A stretch of 866 bases of DNA from a phage. The stretch lies in the sequence record AF039874.1. One strand, 5' to 3'. Shown piece after piece: positions 1 to 866 of the stretch (position 1 is the first letter of the stretch; each line of letters begins with the position of its first letter). The position numbers were made by a program, and so were the translations under genes. The notes under the pieces were generated by a model that saw only the letters and a program-made list of their open reading frames with translations, searched no databases and was not told where the DNA came from.

Positions 1-32
1 CTTCATGCCTGCAGGTCGACTCTAGAGGATCC
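1..32. other. Cloning-vector polylinker (pUC/M13mp-type multiple cloning site); not biological insert
   Basis: Directly visible restriction sites in canonical order: 5-10 is GCATGC minus one base (read has CATGCC, so a G is missing at the read start), CTGCAG (PstI) 9-14, GTCGAC (SalI) 15-20, TCTAGA (XbaI) 21-26, GGATCC (BamHI) 27-32. This matches the known pUC18/19 polylinker string aagcttgcatgcctgcaggtcgactctagaggatcc. Insert begins at the GATC of the BamHI site, consistent with a Sau3AI/BamHI-type junction. Confidence 0.92.
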
Positions 33-304
33 TTCATTACCACTAATACAGAATGTCCTTTAACCTTAATAAAGGTAGGATTAGTATTGTGGAAGTTAAT
101 GTATTGCTGGGTTAATTTAAATGCTTCTTGCCAAAGTTCTAGATTAAGAGGAACTTCACCATCTGCTTTCTTCCAGCCTTTCCTTTGCCAAGAGAACATC
201 CAGCTTTCCATACCATTTTTGCAATAAGCAGAATCAGTATAGATAACAATTGGGTCTATTATCTTTTTTAACTGACCAACGTAGAGCTGGGACAGCTTTA
301 GAAC
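28..304 (-). CDS. rnhA: Ribonuclease H, type 1 (RNase HI / RNH1 family): partial catalytic domain, C-terminal portion only. Truncated at the clone boundary, N-terminal half not identifiable.
   Basis: Minus-strand frame with codons starting at positions congruent to 1 mod 3 (e.g. 304-302, 235-233, 55-53) translates 304->50 as VLKLSQLYVGQLKKIIDPIVIYTDSAYCKNGMESWMFSWQRKGWKKADGEVPLNLELWQEAFKLTQQYINFHNTNPTFIKVKGHS. After a 1-nt frame slip near 47-49 it continues ISGNEG into the BamHI site. Family hallmarks present: the YTDS motif (Asp codon 235-233, the position of E. coli RNase HI Asp70 as I recall it), the W..W.(K/R)GWK.AD...V.N..LWQ block (cf. E. coli [26 protein letters not shown], recalled from memory), and VKGHSG..GNE before the final catalytic Asp, which would lie beyond the clone end. 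The symbol rnhA assumes a bacterial source; it would be RNH1 if eukaryotic. Frame is preceded by TAA at 307-305 and has no plausible start codon. Confidence 0.8.
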
Positions 305-463
305 TTATTGCAGTAAAAGATTTACGCCATTCAGTATAATCATGACCATTCATGCTCTTAGCGAGATTGAATGTTGAGTCCTGATTACAAGGTACAGAAA
401 CTACCGAAACTCCGTAAAGTTCTAAACCTTTAATATAAATATATCAGTAGCTTCATCCCACCC

Positions 464-866
464 NGCACCAAGGCAGCGGAATCCGATNCTAAAAGTTTTC
501 ATTACACCGTTTTTAATTAGTGAAAAAANACCCGGGTCAGAACTTTCANAGNTCNCACATCCGATTTCGAGACCCATTTCAGTAGGGTTAGGNTCAANAC
601 NCTTACCGATTGGCNACNATGATTCNTGCCCGAAAAGNAAAANCGGGTTTTCAGGTANTTAGTNANGNGCATTNANCGTTTTCCACNCANAANCAGGGAT
701 TACTCNCCNGCGCGNTNTTTTCAATTGGGGTACCGAACCCCGGGTTTTAAAAAACTTCCTTGGGTNCCCCCCAACAGATTTATTTTACNCCNCCAANTGA
801 NNGGGGGGGATTTAACTNTTACANCCNAANACCNCTGGNGCATTTTTANCCCCCAGAACAGTNGGG
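464..866. other. Low-quality read tail (ambiguous base calls); sequence here is unreliable
   Basis: First N at 464, N density rises steadily, with homopolymer runs (ccccccc 766-772, ggggggg 803-809) typical of a decaying Sanger trace. No reading frame survives here. Confidence 0.9.
727..866. other. Possible re-entry into vector (polylinker KpnI side and lacZ-alpha region), garbled by low quality
   Basis: ggtaccga at 729-736 resembles polylinker ggtaccgagctc. gttttaaaaaac (743-754) and tgggtncccccc (761-772) resemble vector cgttttacaacg and tgggaaaaccc. ccnctggng (831-839) and cccccagaacagtnggg (850-866) resemble ccagctggcg and cccttcccaacagttgcg of pUC lacZ-alpha, as recalled. Order is collinear but lengths do not match (read is shorter), so this is tentative. 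Confidence 0.3.

Noticed and set aside
33-227. Plus-strand ORF of 64 codons (FITTNTECPLTLIKVGLVLWKLMYCWVNLNASCQSSRLRGTSPSAFFQPFLCQENIQLSIPFLQ, stop TAA 225-227).
   Set aside because: It is exactly antisense to the well-supported RNase H frame, has no start codon and no recognisable motif. Open antisense frames opposite real genes are common.
247-336. Plus-strand frame 247-336 translates QLGLLSFLTDQRRAGTALELIAVKDLRHSV. The ELIAV stretch (Glu codon 301-303) looks like the RNase H 'NRAEL-A-AL' helix and sits about 22 codons from the YTDS Asp codon (235-233), the spacing I recall between the helix Glu and that Asp in E. coli RNase HI, but on the opposite strand.
   Set aside because: It is bounded by stops (TAA 244-246, TAA 337-339), has no start codon, overlaps the minus-strand frame it would need to join, and I found no flanking inverted repeats to support a local inversion. 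A five-residue match is within chance. It would only become interesting if resequencing showed a small inversion around 292-340.
237-443. Minus-strand ORF of 69 codons in a different frame (YIYIKGLELYGVSVVSVPCNQDSTFNLAKSMNGHDYTEWRKSFTAISSKAVPALRWSVKKDNRPNCYLY), with an ATG at 353-351, overlapping the 5' end of the RNase H frame.
   Set aside because: No similarity to the RNase H N-terminal region or to anything I recognise. Joining it to the RNase H frame by a single frameshift, or by removing a candidate mini-intron (GTAAAT at 325-320 to AG at 305-304), does not produce the DGS/TNNRAEL motifs. Most likely non-coding.
429-444. AT-rich stretch tttaatataaatatat with TATA-box / -10-like hexamers on both strands, lying upstream (in minus-strand terms) of the RNase H fragment.
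   Set aside because: Such hexamers occur by chance throughout AT-rich DNA. There is no identifiable -35 element or start codon at the right distance, and the RNase H 5' end is itself undefined, so I cannot support a promoter call.
531-536. CCCGGG (SmaI/XmaI site) in the insert, considered as a possible early vector junction.
   Set aside because: The flanking sequence does not match the polylinker (ggatccccgggtacc). It is an isolated hexamer in a low-quality region and is most likely insert sequence or a miscall.
461-600. Attempted to find the missing RNase H N-terminus in the minus-strand translation of 600-461 (e.g. MKTF?IGFRCLGAGWDEATDIFILKV, PNPTEMGLEIGC).
   Set aside because: The region is riddled with N calls, so frames are not trustworthy, and none of the fragments shows the DGS...G.G...TNNRAEL pattern.
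766-809. C7 and G7 homopolymer runs (766-772, 803-809), considered as possible G-quadruplex or homopolymer-tract features.
   Set aside because: They occur only in the degraded tail among N calls and are typical base-caller artefacts, or garbled vector; they are not reliable sequence.

Overview
This window is a raw single-pass Sanger-style read of a plasmid clone, not finished genome sequence, and I see no evidence of a novel biological system in it. Positions 1-32 are cloning-vector polylinker (SphI-PstI-SalI-XbaI-BamHI, pUC/M13mp type), with the insert starting at the BamHI/GATC junction around 28-32. Base calls are clean to about 460; from 464 onward the read is full of N calls and homopolymer runs, and the last ~140 nt may be vector again. 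The readable insert is AT-rich (hand count: 33 G+C in 33-132, 40 G+C in 133-232). The only biological feature I can support is a partial type 1 RNase H (RnhA/RNH1 family) catalytic domain on the minus strand, 304 down to 28, running out of the clone at the vector junction. Its N-terminal half cannot be recovered: the frame is closed by TAA at 307-305 and no upstream frame looks like RNase H. I cannot tell from the sequence whether that reflects an intron, a pseudogene, or a read or cloning artefact.
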